Assembly (NCBI GenBank): GCA_965226385.1
Contig: OZ245359.1
Coordinates: 2,057,116 to 2,121,115, forward strand
DNA from: Bryobacterales bacterium
GTDB lineage: Bacteria > Acidobacteriota > Terriglobia > Bryobacterales > UBA6623
Length of the DNA: 64,000 nucleotides
Reading direction: 5' to 3'
Part shown: positions 31,526-40,858 of the stretch, piece after piece
Layout: the number at the start of each line of letters is the position of its first letter
Numbering within the stretch: position 1 is the stretch's first letter
The notes under the pieces: generated by a model
Database searches by the model: none
What the model saw: the letters and a program-made list of their open reading frames with translations, nothing else
What the model was told of the DNA's origin: nothing
Program-made: the position numbers and the translations under genes

Positions 31526-32692
31526 TTAGACGGCGACTCCCATTTCGTCCCACGTCACCATGCGTCGTTTGTAGATCGCCTCGCGTCCCATGATCCCGGT
31601 CAACGCGGAGATCACGGCCGTTTCGATATCGGCCATCGGCTTTCTATTCTCGCGAATAGCTCGTACGAAGTCGTCGTGGGCGGCGTCGGTGAGGTCAACG
31701 TTTTCATCCGCTTTGTGCACCACTGGCTCGGCGTTGCCATACATTTCATAAAACGTCCACGACCCGTAATCCAACTCGATTGCGCCCTTCTCTCCGTAGA
31801 CGATGAACCACTGGCCGTTCGGCAGTTTCTTGAGCTTTCGTGGATGGAGGTAGAGTTGGCTGAAATCGAGGTGCATGTCGTTCTGGTAGACGTACTCGAC
31901 GCTGAAGCCGTCCATCATGACCGTACCCGCGGGCATTGGTTCCGGCAGATATCTCTTGCCGTGGCCGAAAGCACTCACAGGGCGGCTGCCCGCGAGCCAG
32001 TTGCAAACGTCAAGGTTATGAATAGAATTCTCGACGATCAAGTCGCCCGAAAGTTTGACGTCGTTATACCAGCCAGGAAATCGCCGTTGTTGACCGCTGC
32101 CACCATCGCGTCGCGCTCCGGGTCTTGATGGAGTGCTGTGCCGCTGGGCCTTGATGACGAGTGGCTTGCCGATGAGTCCATTCTGATGGATCTGGTTGAC
32201 AGCCTCGCGTATGTGTTGGGCATTGCGCGACTGAAGTCCGACTTGAAAGACTGCCTTCGATTTGCGCGCCGCGCTCAGGACGAGTTTGATTTGGCCGGGG
32301 TTGATTCCAAGAGGCTTCTCGCAGAAAACGTGCTTGCCCGCGTTCAAAGCAGCAGCCGCCATTTCCGCATGCAGATGGCAGGGCGTTGCTATCAACACAG
32401 CGTCTACGTCGCTTTGGCCGAGCACCTCCTTGTAGTCGCTGAAGGGTTTCGGGTCATCGGCCTGCGTCATACTCAGCGCACTGTCGCGGGCCGACGCATC
32501 AATGTCGCAAACAGCCTGGATCGTGAAGTCCGGACGCTCGACGAATCGCCCCAGGTGGGTGTAGCCCCGCTTACCGACACCGATCATCCCCATGCGCAAA
32601 GGATTACTCTGGACGGCGGGAAGAACTGCGGCCGCAGTGGCTGTGGCCACTCCTTTAAGAAATCGGCGACGCGCCGTTTTGTTGTTATCCAT
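31526..32692 (-). CDS. Gfo/Idh/MocA family oxidoreductase with Tat signal
   Basis: The likely start is the MDNNKTARRRFLKGVATATAAA twin-arginine leader. It has a GMIGVGKRG Rossmann motif and EKPL. The segment is GC-rich. Confidence 0.8.
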   Translation of the reverse strand: MDNNKTARRRFLKGVATATAAAVLPAVQSNPLRMGMIGVGKRGYTHLGRFVERPDFTIQAVCDIDASARDSALSMTQADDPKPFSDYKEVLGQSDVDAVLIATPCHLHAEMAAAALNAGKHVFCEKPLGINPGQIKLVLSAARKSKAVFQVGLQSRNAQHIREAVNQIHQNGLIGKPLVIKAQRHSTPSRPGARRDGGSGQQRRFPGWYNDVKLSGDLIVENSIHNLDVCNWLAGSRPVSAFGHGKRYLPEPMPAGTVMMDGFSVEYVYQNDMHLDFSQLYLHPRKLKKLPNGQWFIVYGEKGAIELDYGSWTFYEMYGNAEPVVHKADENVDLTDAAHDDFVRAIRENRKPMADIETAVISALTGIMGREAIYKRRMVTWDEMGVAV

Positions 32693-32825
32693 CTTGATCT
32701 CCGTCGAAAGAAGTTGTAGCTTGCCCTCAGGCACCGATCAGTGTACCGTTATACATTAAACTCACGTTGCCATTACGGATGAAGCTATTGGAAGCAGAGA
32801 TCACGAACGCCTGTCAAGCTTGGTC

Positions 32826-33485
32826 ATGAAGCACTGCAAGAGAATTCCAATATCATCGCCAATCTTACGCTCGATTTTGACGGCAGTGTTACTTGTCGTC
32901 GGAGTGGCTTTGCCACACTTCGCCCAGCCCCATGGCTTTGTTTCGCTCTCACCAAGAATCGATCTCGGCGAGCACTGGATCGTCGAGGGTTCCGCACCTG
33001 ACACTTGGTCGGTGAAGGACGGTGTGATCGTTTGCAGCGGAGAGCCCAACGGCTTTCTGCGGAGCAAGAAGTCCTACCGTGACTTCATTTTCCGGGCGGA
33101 GTGGCGGTTCCAGAAGGAAGGTTGGACAGAAGATCCTCCCACATACCCAAACGCAGGTTATTTTATCCACGCCGGGGTTGTCGAGCGAGACTGGCCAAAG
33201 TCACTGGAGGTTCAAGGGCACTACGGTGAAGCGGGGAGCTTGTTTGGTGTTAGCGGGGGCAGTGTTGTTGGCGCCCGTCGTGGGCCGATCCCCGAGAACC
33301 GTAAACCGTTTGGTGACTGGGAAAGCATCGAGATCAAGTCTCTCAATGGCTTGATCACCGTCATCCTCAACGGCAAAAAGATGAATGAAGGGCAAGACAT
33401 CGAGCCGAAGGAGGGGAACATTTGTCTCCAATCGGAGGGGTGGCCTGTGTACTATCGCAATCTGGAAGTGAAAGAGCTCGACTGA
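32826..33485 (+). CDS. DUF1080 (3-keto-disaccharide hydrolase-like) protein
   Basis: Signal peptide, W.VKDGVI.C..., NICLQSEGWPVYYRNLEVKEL C-terminus typical of DUF1080. Confidence 0.75.
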   Translation: MKHCKRIPISSPILRSILTAVLLVVGVALPHFAQPHGFVSLSPRIDLGEHWIVEGSAPDTWSVKDGVIVCSGEPNGFLRSKKSYRDFIFRAEWRFQKEGWTEDPPTYPNAGYFIHAGVVERDWPKSLEVQGHYGEAGSLFGVSGGSVVGARRGPIPENRKPFGDWESIEIKSLNGLITVILNGKKMNEGQDIEPKEGNICLQSEGWPVYYRNLEVKELD

Positions 33486-33693
33486 GCCTACCGTTATCGG
33501 CTTTAGGCTCGCCCAAACCCCGATGCGAGACGCCGCAACGGTCTCGCTGGGTCAATACAAAAATCTGGCGTCATGGATCTCAAATAAGTCGATAACGACG
33601 CAGAGCGCAACGGCGGCGCTGATTTCTTACAGCTCCCCAGCAGTAACGGCGTCGACTCAGGACTCTAACCTACTGAGTGATAAGGACTTCACT

Positions 33694-33777
33694 CTGTGGA
33701 GGGGAAGGCTCTGGCCTTGGCGGCAACGCCAAGACGAAACTGGCCCCGCGAAGCAGGAAGTCAGCTTTGAACCCGTT
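33694..33777 (+). ncRNA. Orphan copy of the IS607/TnpB omega-RNA scaffold core (no adjacent tnpB)
   Basis: It matches 43733-43816 with one substitution visible by eye (T at 33741 versus C). It retains the CTTGGCG-GCAA-CGCCAAG hairpin (33716-33733). The sequences on both sides diverge from the IS copies. Confidence 0.55.
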
Positions 33778-34081
33778 ACGGATGGGAAGTGGAGTGCCAG
33801 GTGGTGCACGTGATTCGACGGCAAGTGCGGTGAAAGCAGATGCAGCGGCCAAGGTCCGAGAAAGTGGAAAGATCGATATCCCACATATAGACAAGACAGG
33901 AGGCCTCACGTAACGGAATTGGGCCGTACATCACTCTGCTTGTAATCGCAAATTCACCGCCAAAAGTTCAGTCCTTTGCACAACTCAATTCGAATACTAC
34001 TGGTTACGGACTAATATCTGATCATCGTGTAATGAGTACGTTTGGGTTACACAGATATTTTTAAGGAGAATATGGCAGACC

Positions 34082-35092
34082 CTAGATAGGATGCTCATAC
34101 CAGCGAGCTATCTGGAGTAGGGTTCCCCCTTGGGACGGGCCACGAGTGACGATCGCGGATACTGCTCTTTCTGAGGAAGTTTCCTTGAGTTTAGTTGTGG
34201 CGATCATTATCCAGCCATCCGGGTTGTTGTCGACACCTAAAGGGATGAGTGGATTGTGTCGTGTGAGTTCGTTCAAAACTGGATCCCCTGCTCTTAACGG
34301 GCGCTCACTACGTATCTTTTCGATTAGTTCTACGAGTGGATCCGGAATGCCTGCTGCAGACAGCACTTCTCCTGCAGCAGCATTGATATCTAGGGATACC
34401 GCTGGTTGCGTTTTCAAAAAGCGCAGCAACCCTTTTGTGTGCAGTAAGACCGATTTTCTGGAGTCTGAGTTCAAGGAATCCGGATCCGTGAGGCCCACTC
34501 TTTTTGTAGTTCCATAGACGATGTCTTCAGTGAACCCGGGGAGTGCGAGTAATTCCTCGACTTCCTGGATTGCTGCAGAATAATTCCTGGGAGATGCCCT
34601 GGAACTGAACATGCTGTTCAATTGGTAGTCCTGGCTATTCCCTTGTTGCAACTTTTTTCTGTAATCAATGACGCTGGAAGCCAGGATTTCTGCTTTCTGG
34701 GTGGGAACCCCCATCCTGATCAGTAGTTGTGAAAATACATCCTGACTGACCTGGTTGATGCCCAGTTTGCCAGCCTCAGACACGATTTCTACTTCTACAT
34801 TCCCGGATTTGAACCGATAGCGACGGACCTGACGTCCGGTTGGCAGTTGACTTCTGGCTCCAGCTTCAAAAGACATTTCCTGCATGGCTGCCTGGATCCC
34901 TCCCTGAGACAGGTAATAGGCCTGCGTGGTGTCCAACTGCAGGGCAACCTTGTCCAGTGCACCACCAACACTTGAGGACATTGAAAACCCAAGTACTGCG
35001 AGAACTGCAGAAACACCGAGTACAGCCAATAAGGCAGAACCCTGCTCTTTTCGATCTCCAGGATGTCTCGGCCATCCAGATCGATGATTCAT
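34082..35092 (-). CDS. gspK: GspK-like minor pseudopilin
   Basis: 336 aa with a hydrophobic N-terminal helix (ALLAVLGVSAVLAVLGF). The C-terminal helix-hairpin-helix region reads INAAAGEVLSAAGIPDPLVELI. Confidence 0.6.
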   Translation of the reverse strand: MNHRSGWPRHPGDRKEQGSALLAVLGVSAVLAVLGFSMSSSVGGALDKVALQLDTTQAYYLSQGGIQAAMQEMSFEAGARSQLPTGRQVRRYRFKSGNVEVEIVSEAGKLGINQVSQDVFSQLLIRMGVPTQKAEILASSVIDYRKKLQQGNSQDYQLNSMFSSRASPRNYSAAIQEVEELLALPGFTEDIVYGTTKRVGLTDPDSLNSDSRKSVLLHTKGLLRFLKTQPAVSLDINAAAGEVLSAAGIPDPLVELIEKIRSERPLRAGDPVLNELTRHNPLIPLGVDNNPDGWIMIATTKLKETSSERAVSAIVTRGPSQGGTLLQIARWYEHPI

Positions 35093-35097
35093 GATGA

Positions 35098-35862
35098 TCA
35101 GAAAGCTGCCCTCTCACGCCCTGTGAGTGCAGCTGGGATCTGGCTTGTAACAGTGATATGTCTAAGTCGACCCGGGAGTCCTTCACGATTTGAATCCGAG
35201 ATCTCTATCTGTACGGCAAGGGGTAGTCTCTCCCTGTCAGTCCATTTCGAGACCCATTGGGTTGATTCCTTCGGGAGCAGTGTTTTTCGCAGATATCGAA
35301 AGTTGCATGCAGAAAGATTTTCAGCAAGTGTCATTGAATCGGTTTCTTGTACGACTGGCATGAAATGAAGTTGTGGAGCAGTACCTGGAAGACTGTTGGG
35401 GGCGATCCCGGTTACCAATTGTCTGAGCCCCTGTGGGTCGGGACAGGGCTTGTCGCTCAGGATCAGATGAACTCCACTGCTGTCAGACACTACGCGAAAA
35501 GCAAGCAGCCGGAGTCCGCTCCTTGCTCCTCTACGTGGTGAAAAAGTGCTGATCCAGCACATAACCTGGAAATCACCCTGAAAGAACAGCAACTGCCCGC
35601 CCTGATTTGCAGAAGGTGCAGGCCTGTAAGGCACAAGACTGGTGATCGCAGAGTGCAGTACCGCATTCAGGTTCGAGGTGTTGCGACTCACGCTGATCTG
35701 CTGGCTCGTAACTCGCCATCCATTGACAGCAGAACTGAGTGCAGCAAGCAGGGCGGTAGAGATCAGGCCCAGCAACGTCAGGGCAACAAGGAGTTCAATC
35801 AAGGTCACGCCGGCGATCAACGGATTGCCCCGCTTGTTCGACTTGCCGTGATTCCTTTTCAT
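35098..35862 (-). CDS. GspJ-like minor pseudopilin
   Basis: Prepilin-type N-terminal methylation motif GVTLIELLVALTLLGLI; 254 aa. Confidence 0.55.
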   Translation of the reverse strand: MKRNHGKSNKRGNPLIAGVTLIELLVALTLLGLISTALLAALSSAVNGWRVTSQQISVSRNTSNLNAVLHSAITSLVPYRPAPSANQGGQLLFFQGDFQVMCWISTFSPRRGARSGLRLLAFRVVSDSSGVHLILSDKPCPDPQGLRQLVTGIAPNSLPGTAPQLHFMPVVQETDSMTLAENLSACNFRYLRKTLLPKESTQWVSKWTDRERLPLAVQIEISDSNREGLPGRLRHITVTSQIPAALTGRERAAF

Positions 35863-36257
35863 CGGACTTTCATTCGCCGATACCCCTCCAAATGGAATTG
35901 CGTATCGGAATTAACCTGGACATCAAGAGAGACCTGAATGAGATGGAAGCCAAAAACATCACCCTCAAACCCGTCAACAGGGACTGCAATTGCCTCCCAT
36001 TCAGCATTTTCGTGAAAGCTCCCATTGATAGGTTGATTGAGTAGCAAAGGCTCGATCACAAGAAGTTCATTCAGCCGGGATTTGGCCAGCATCACCGCAT
36101 GTTCGTAATCACGAGCAGAAGACGCACCAACTGCAGCTGAACTGAAGACTCCCAGGAGTCCTGTAATCAGGATCACTAATAAAGTGGTTGCGACGATTGC
36201 TTCAAGTAGTGAGAGCCCATGCTCATTCCCGAATCTGGCTCTGGCCCCGGTTCTCAT
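35859..36257 (-). CDS. GspI/H-like minor pseudopilin
   Basis: I prefer the internal Met at 36257, because the longer ORF would overlap gspG. Prepilin motif GLSLLEAIVATTLLVIL. Confidence 0.5.
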   Translation of the reverse strand: MRTGARARFGNEHGLSLLEAIVATTLLVILITGLLGVFSSAAVGASSARDYEHAVMLAKSRLNELLVIEPLLLNQPINGSFHENAEWEAIAVPVDGFEGDVFGFHLIQVSLDVQVNSDTQFHLEGYRRMKVR

Positions 36258-36264
36258 TGCGTCC

Positions 36265-36672
36265 TCAGCGCCAACTAACAATATCCTCTGCGGAGCCTTC
36301 ACCATCTGGTTCACCGTCAGCCCCGTAGCAGAGGATTTCGGGCCCCAAATCGTTTTCACCCGGATAGCGATAGATAAAGGGGTTGTTCCAGGGATCAAGT
36401 GGAATCTCCTTGTTGAGATAAGGTTGGATTGCTTCCAGCCCCTCCTGCACAGATGGATATTTGGCATGATCCAGGTTGTAGCGTTGCAGTGCCATCATGA
36501 AAGATTCGATCTGCGCCTTTGCAGCGGCATGTCTTCCCTGGTCGGCAACCGGTCCAAGCCGCTGCCATGCGATCGCAGCGAACATGGCCATGATGGTCAC
36601 AGTGACCAGCATTTCGATCAACGTGATACCAACACGCCTGGAGTGTTTTGAAGAGTTTGTTTTTGTGATCAT
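36265..36672 (-). CDS. gspG: Major pseudopilin GspG
   Basis: GITLIEMLVTVTIMAMFAAIA prepilin motif, then AKAQIESFMMALQRYNLD...PLDPWNNPFIYRYPGENDLGPEILCYGADG, typical of GspG; 135 aa. Confidence 0.85.
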   Translation of the reverse strand: MITKTNSSKHSRRVGITLIEMLVTVTIMAMFAAIAWQRLGPVADQGRHAAAKAQIESFMMALQRYNLDHAKYPSVQEGLEAIQPYLNKEIPLDPWNNPFIYRYPGENDLGPEILCYGADGEPDGEGSAEDIVSWR

Positions 36673-37878
36673 CTAGAACCCTACTTGGTAGATGCTGGTC
36701 AAGGCCAGCATGATGCTGAAAATCATGACACCAATGATGCTCCCCAGAAAAAGGACCACCATTGGTTCGAACAATGCTGTAAAGCGCTTGATCGATTCAC
36801 GTGTCTGCCGCGCATGGATTTCTGCCAAGCGGTCGAACATCGTATCAAGCTTGCCAGTGCGTTCACCGACGGTAAGCAGTCGGCCTACCAATTGCGGCAG
36901 TACACCGGAGCGCATAACGGGCACAGCAAGACCTTCACCTCGCTTTACCCCCTGTATGACTGGCTCAAGTAAAGCATCAAGTGCTCTGTTCGACAAGATG
37001 CCCCTGGCAATACCCAGAGCCTCAACAAGAGGGACAGTGCCTGCAAGAAGAGTTCCCATGGCACGGGAAAACCGTTCCGTCTCGCTTGCCAGCAGTAGTT
37101 GGCCGAGGAACGGCAGTCGTAGCAGCCAAGTATCCACACGGGTTCGTCCGGAAGGGGTTTGTATCCAGGCAAGCATGGCCCCAGCCACAAAGAAAAGCAA
37201 AATACTGACCGGCAACCACCAGTTTCTGACAGCAGTGCTAGTGCTGAGGAGGATCTGCATGGATGCCGGGATTTCCCAAGCGTTCGTCTGGAATGATGCA
37301 GCAAAATTTGGAATGACGTAATAAAGCAGTAGCAGGATGGAAACGGATCCAACCAGTAACAAAAGGACTGGATAGATCAGGGCAGAGAGTATGGATTCAC
37401 GGAGTTCATTCCGTGTTCGTTGAAAAGAGGCAAGGCGCTCCATGACAGCTGGCAGGCAACCACCAGCCTCTCCAGCCCGGACCATATTGATGTAAAGCCG
37501 CGAGAAGCAGTCGGGGTGCTGGGCAAGGGAATCGGCAAATGATTCTCCGCTTCGCAAGGACTGCAGGACGCGTTGAAAGACAGCCGAGATGCCCTTGTGG
37601 ACTCGGGCTTCCGAACAGATTTCAAGAGCCTGTTCCAGCGGGATTCCTGCAGAGAGTAATGTTGCGGTTTCCTCTGTAAAACGCAAAACATGCTTTGTGT
37701 TCCGCAGGGCTGAGGGTAGTAGCCAGAAGAGTCTGCGTGGTCTAGCTGAGCCTACATAGGTAGCGACCAGTCCTCGGTCCTGCAAGCTTTGTACTGCAGC
37801 AGGGACGTCCTCGGCACTCAACCTGCCATAGAATGGCGTACCGTCTGCTCCAATTGCTTTGTAGTAGAGCGTTTCCAT
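36673..37878 (-). CDS. gspF: T2SS/T4P platform protein GspF
   Basis: 401 aa with the duplicated GspF-type domain and three TM segments. It sits between gspE and gspG. Confidence 0.85.
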   Translation of the reverse strand: METLYYKAIGADGTPFYGRLSAEDVPAAVQSLQDRGLVATYVGSARPRRLFWLLPSALRNTKHVLRFTEETATLLSAGIPLEQALEICSEARVHKGISAVFQRVLQSLRSGESFADSLAQHPDCFSRLYINMVRAGEAGGCLPAVMERLASFQRTRNELRESILSALIYPVLLLLVGSVSILLLLYYVIPNFAASFQTNAWEIPASMQILLSTSTAVRNWWLPVSILLFFVAGAMLAWIQTPSGRTRVDTWLLRLPFLGQLLLASETERFSRAMGTLLAGTVPLVEALGIARGILSNRALDALLEPVIQGVKRGEGLAVPVMRSGVLPQLVGRLLTVGERTGKLDTMFDRLAEIHARQTRESIKRFTALFEPMVVLFLGSIIGVMIFSIMLALTSIYQVGF

Positions 37879-37936
37879 TAGAATGCTGCCTTTGTACCCT
37901 GGAGGATATCCTGCATGAAAACCTCCTTTGTGCCTC

Positions 37937-39616
37937 TCAGGATTCCTGTGTTGCCCGGAGTCCCTCTTCCAGGGTTGTCACGCCTTGGTCGATCTTATCC
38001 CAGCAGTCCTCCTGAAGACTGCGCATGCCCTGGTCGCGGGCTGCCTTCCCCAGAGCAGAAGCCGTACTGTTGTTCATTATCAGGCGATGGATCACTTCAT
38101 TGAGTTCGAACAGTTCGAAAACACCGATCCTGCCATGAAAGCCCTGGCCGCGACAGGCTTCACAGCCTGCTCCCTTCCAGGTCTGGATTCTACGGCTGTC
38201 AGGTGCCGTGACCACCTCGTCACACTGACGGCAGTTGCTGCAGATCACACGCACCAGTCGCTGAGCAAGAACCCCAACCAGTGAGGAAGCAAGCAGGTAG
38301 TTTTCAACTCCCATGTCAGTTAACCGGGTAATGGAACTTGGGGCATCGTTGGTATGCAGGGTGGAGTACACGGAATGCCCTGTCAGCGCTGCACGGATTG
38401 TGATCTCCGCAGTCTCCCGGTCGCGTATTTCACCGACCATGATGACATCGGGGTCCTGGCGAACAATATGCCGAAGTCCTGAAGCGAATGTTAATCCAAT
38501 TGAGGGATTGACGTGAATCTGATTGATGCCACTCATCCTGTACTCGACAGGATCCTCGATTGTGATGATATTCAGGGCTGTCGAATTGATACGTTTCAGC
38601 GCAGCATAAAGTGTCGTTGACTTGCCACTGCCTGTGGGGCCAGTGACTAGCAGTAGTCCATGAGGTAGGGAAGTGAGACGCTCCATGCGAGATAGCAACT
38701 GGGCATTGAAGCCGAGAGACGTTAAATCCAAGAAATCAGCGGTTGAACGGTCCAGAATCCGCAAGACAACCGATTCCCCATGCAGAGTGGGCAGGGTGGC
38801 AACTCGAAGGTCGAGGTCCTTCCCATGAACCTTGATCTGGATACGACCATCCTGAGGCAGGCGGTGTTCGGCAATGTTCAGGTTGGCCATGATCTTCAGT
38901 CTTGAAATAACGGCTGCTTGCAATGTGGCTGGTGGAGCTGGGCGCTGTTCAAGAACCCCGTCAATACGGACTCGCAGCTGGTAAGCTTTCTCGCCAGGCT
39001 CTAGGTGAATGTCGCTGGTTCGTTGCTCAAGCCCTTGAGCAATCAGGGAGTTGACATAACGGATAACTGGTGTCTCGCTGGCCATGTCACGCAATTGCGC
39101 AACATCTTCATGACCTGTACCCATGAACCCACGTCCATCTGTTTCCGGTGTTGCCGCATGCCCGTAGTGCACTTCAATGGCCCCAAGGATGTCATTTTCA
39201 GCAGCAAGAACGATCGAAATGGGTTGACCAGTGAGTGTGCGAATGCTGGTCTGTGTTTCAAGGTCCAGCGGGTCCGCCATCGCCACTCTTAATGCAGTGC
39301 CATCCTCACCCAAAGGCAGAAACCGGAACTGGCGCATGTAGCTTGTCGGAATTTGCGGGGTTGCTGGCAGTCTGGATGGGAAGTCGTGGGCAGAAATTAA
39401 AGGAATACCGAGTTGCTCGGACTGTGTCTTAAGTACATCACGGGGGTTCACATGTCCAAGGTCAACCAATATACGTCCCAGCCTCTCACCATGCTCACGC
39501 TGCAGCATCAATGCCTGGTTGAGATCCTGGACATTCAGTAGCCCCTTCTCGATGAGAATTTCACCAAGTTGCTTGGGCATCCTGGACGTTACTATTTGTG
39601 TTGCTGCTTCCGCCAT
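37937..39616 (-). CDS. gspE: T2SS ATPase GspE
   Basis: Walker A GPTGSGKST, Asp/His boxes and a C-terminal tetracysteine (CSNCRQC...CEACRGQG). It has an N-terminal MshE/GspE-N type domain; 559 aa. Confidence 0.9.
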   Translation of the reverse strand: MAEAATQIVTSRMPKQLGEILIEKGLLNVQDLNQALMLQREHGERLGRILVDLGHVNPRDVLKTQSEQLGIPLISAHDFPSRLPATPQIPTSYMRQFRFLPLGEDGTALRVAMADPLDLETQTSIRTLTGQPISIVLAAENDILGAIEVHYGHAATPETDGRGFMGTGHEDVAQLRDMASETPVIRYVNSLIAQGLEQRTSDIHLEPGEKAYQLRVRIDGVLEQRPAPPATLQAAVISRLKIMANLNIAEHRLPQDGRIQIKVHGKDLDLRVATLPTLHGESVVLRILDRSTADFLDLTSLGFNAQLLSRMERLTSLPHGLLLVTGPTGSGKSTTLYAALKRINSTALNIITIEDPVEYRMSGINQIHVNPSIGLTFASGLRHIVRQDPDVIMVGEIRDRETAEITIRAALTGHSVYSTLHTNDAPSSITRLTDMGVENYLLASSLVGVLAQRLVRVICSNCRQCDEVVTAPDSRRIQTWKGAGCEACRGQGFHGRIGVFELFELNEVIHRLIMNNSTASALGKAARDQGMRSLQEDCWDKIDQGVTTLEEGLRATQES

Positions 39617-39661
39617 GTGCTCTGTATTTCCAGACAGTGAGGAATCAGGACCTGAATAGGC

Positions 39662-40177
39662 TTAGTAATACTGCGTTTTCACTCTTCCACCACTTAGCAG
39701 TGAGCCCCTTGTGGCACTCATGACAATTTGTCCTGGAAGCTGGGTGCGATCTTCCCATGGGAAATGAAAAAGTTTGATTGCCAGGGTGACATGCTCATCT
39801 GCAGCAAGCTCAGACAGGGCAGTACCATCCTGTATCAGGATTTCACGCATTTTCAGTAGCAGTGGTTCCATGCTGCTGCGTTTGTGAAAATTCAACTGTC
39901 GAATCTCTTCTGCTGTATATGACTGCCTGAATGGACTCAGGTTTGCTGTCGGCACAAGGTTGACTTCGATGGATAAAACAGCACCATAGCCCCCGAGGTA
40001 GACACTGCGGGTTGCCCCGACAACTGTAATGGGTGAATTGCCACCAACGAAGCGAAAATGCCTGTCGAGTGACCTTTCCATGGTTTCGAGCTGCTCTGTG
40101 AGGGGGGATTCCTCCAGACTGATGCTCTCAGCACCGAGCACCCCTGCAAGTAACAAGATGGAAACGATGTATTTCAT
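39662..40177 (-). CDS. Hypothetical secreted protein
   Basis: 171-aa ORF with a signal peptide (MKYIVSILLLAGVLGAES). A 4-nt overlap couples it to the anti-sigma gene. I do not recognise the family. Confidence 0.45.
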   Translation of the reverse strand: MKYIVSILLLAGVLGAESISLEESPLTEQLETMERSLDRHFRFVGGNSPITVVGATRSVYLGGYGAVLSIEVNLVPTANLSPFRQSYTAEEIRQLNFHKRSSMEPLLLKMREILIQDGTALSELAADEHVTLAIKLFHFPWEDRTQLPGQIVMSATRGSLLSGGRVKTQYY

Positions 40178-40833
40178 TGCAGACCCTCAAATGCCATAGC
40201 CAAGTCAACCTGGAAGAGCTGTCGTTTGAGCATCTCGTGCTTTGCATTCACGAATTCGTAACCGGCGACAGAGTCCTCCTGAACCTTGGAAAGTTCGCTG
40301 TAAAGGACAGCGAGTTGAGCCTGGACCCATTCTTCATCCACACCTGTGTGCAGGCTTTGTTGCAATGTGTTCAACCAGCGTTCTTCACTGCGCACGAATT
40401 CTTCTTGCAAGACCTCGCGTAGTTGGGAGTTGGTCCAGTTGAGCGAAGTGGTTGCCGGAGAATGACCGACTGCCAGCGTCCATCCGTCGGCATGGCGTGT
40501 AAGTGTGGGGTTGCTGGCCCAAATGCCGACAAGTATTACCAGCCCAAGGATCGCAGCGGTTGCCATCAAACGGGGTGTGCCTGTCCAGATCTGTTGCCAG
40601 AATTTCTGCGCTGCTGAAGGTTCAAGGACAGGATCTGACACAAAAGCGATACGTTGTGGAATCGCTTCCTCAGGCAAACTCTGCAGTGCTTGCAGGGATA
40701 TGCGCAGCCTTTCGAGTTCGGCTCGGCAGTCAGGCGAGCTTTCAAGAGAAGCTTCGATAGCAGCACACCTCTGTTCTGACAGCTCTCCCAACAAGTAATC
40801 CTTTAATTCATCGGGGGAATGACTCATCTTCAT
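40174..40833 (-). CDS. Anti-sigma factor (single-pass membrane)
   Basis: The N-terminus DELKDYLLGELSEQRCAAIEASLESSPDCRAELERL is typical of ECF anti-sigma domains. It has a central TM helix (AAILGLVILVGIWA) and lies directly downstream of the ECF sigma gene. Confidence 0.65.
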   Translation of the reverse strand: MKMSHSPDELKDYLLGELSEQRCAAIEASLESSPDCRAELERLRISLQALQSLPEEAIPQRIAFVSDPVLEPSAAQKFWQQIWTGTPRLMATAAILGLVILVGIWASNPTLTRHADGWTLAVGHSPATTSLNWTNSQLREVLQEEFVRSEERWLNTLQQSLHTGVDEEWVQAQLAVLYSELSKVQEDSVAGYEFVNAKHEMLKRQLFQVDLAMAFEGLQ

Positions 40834-40858
40834 ACTCCTGTTTTCTGTGACATCCAGT

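Noticed and set aside
31388-32128. 246-aa plus-strand ORF
   Set aside because: It is antisense to the Gfo/Idh/MocA oxidoreductase, which has a Tat leader and a Rossmann motif, so it is a shadow ORF.
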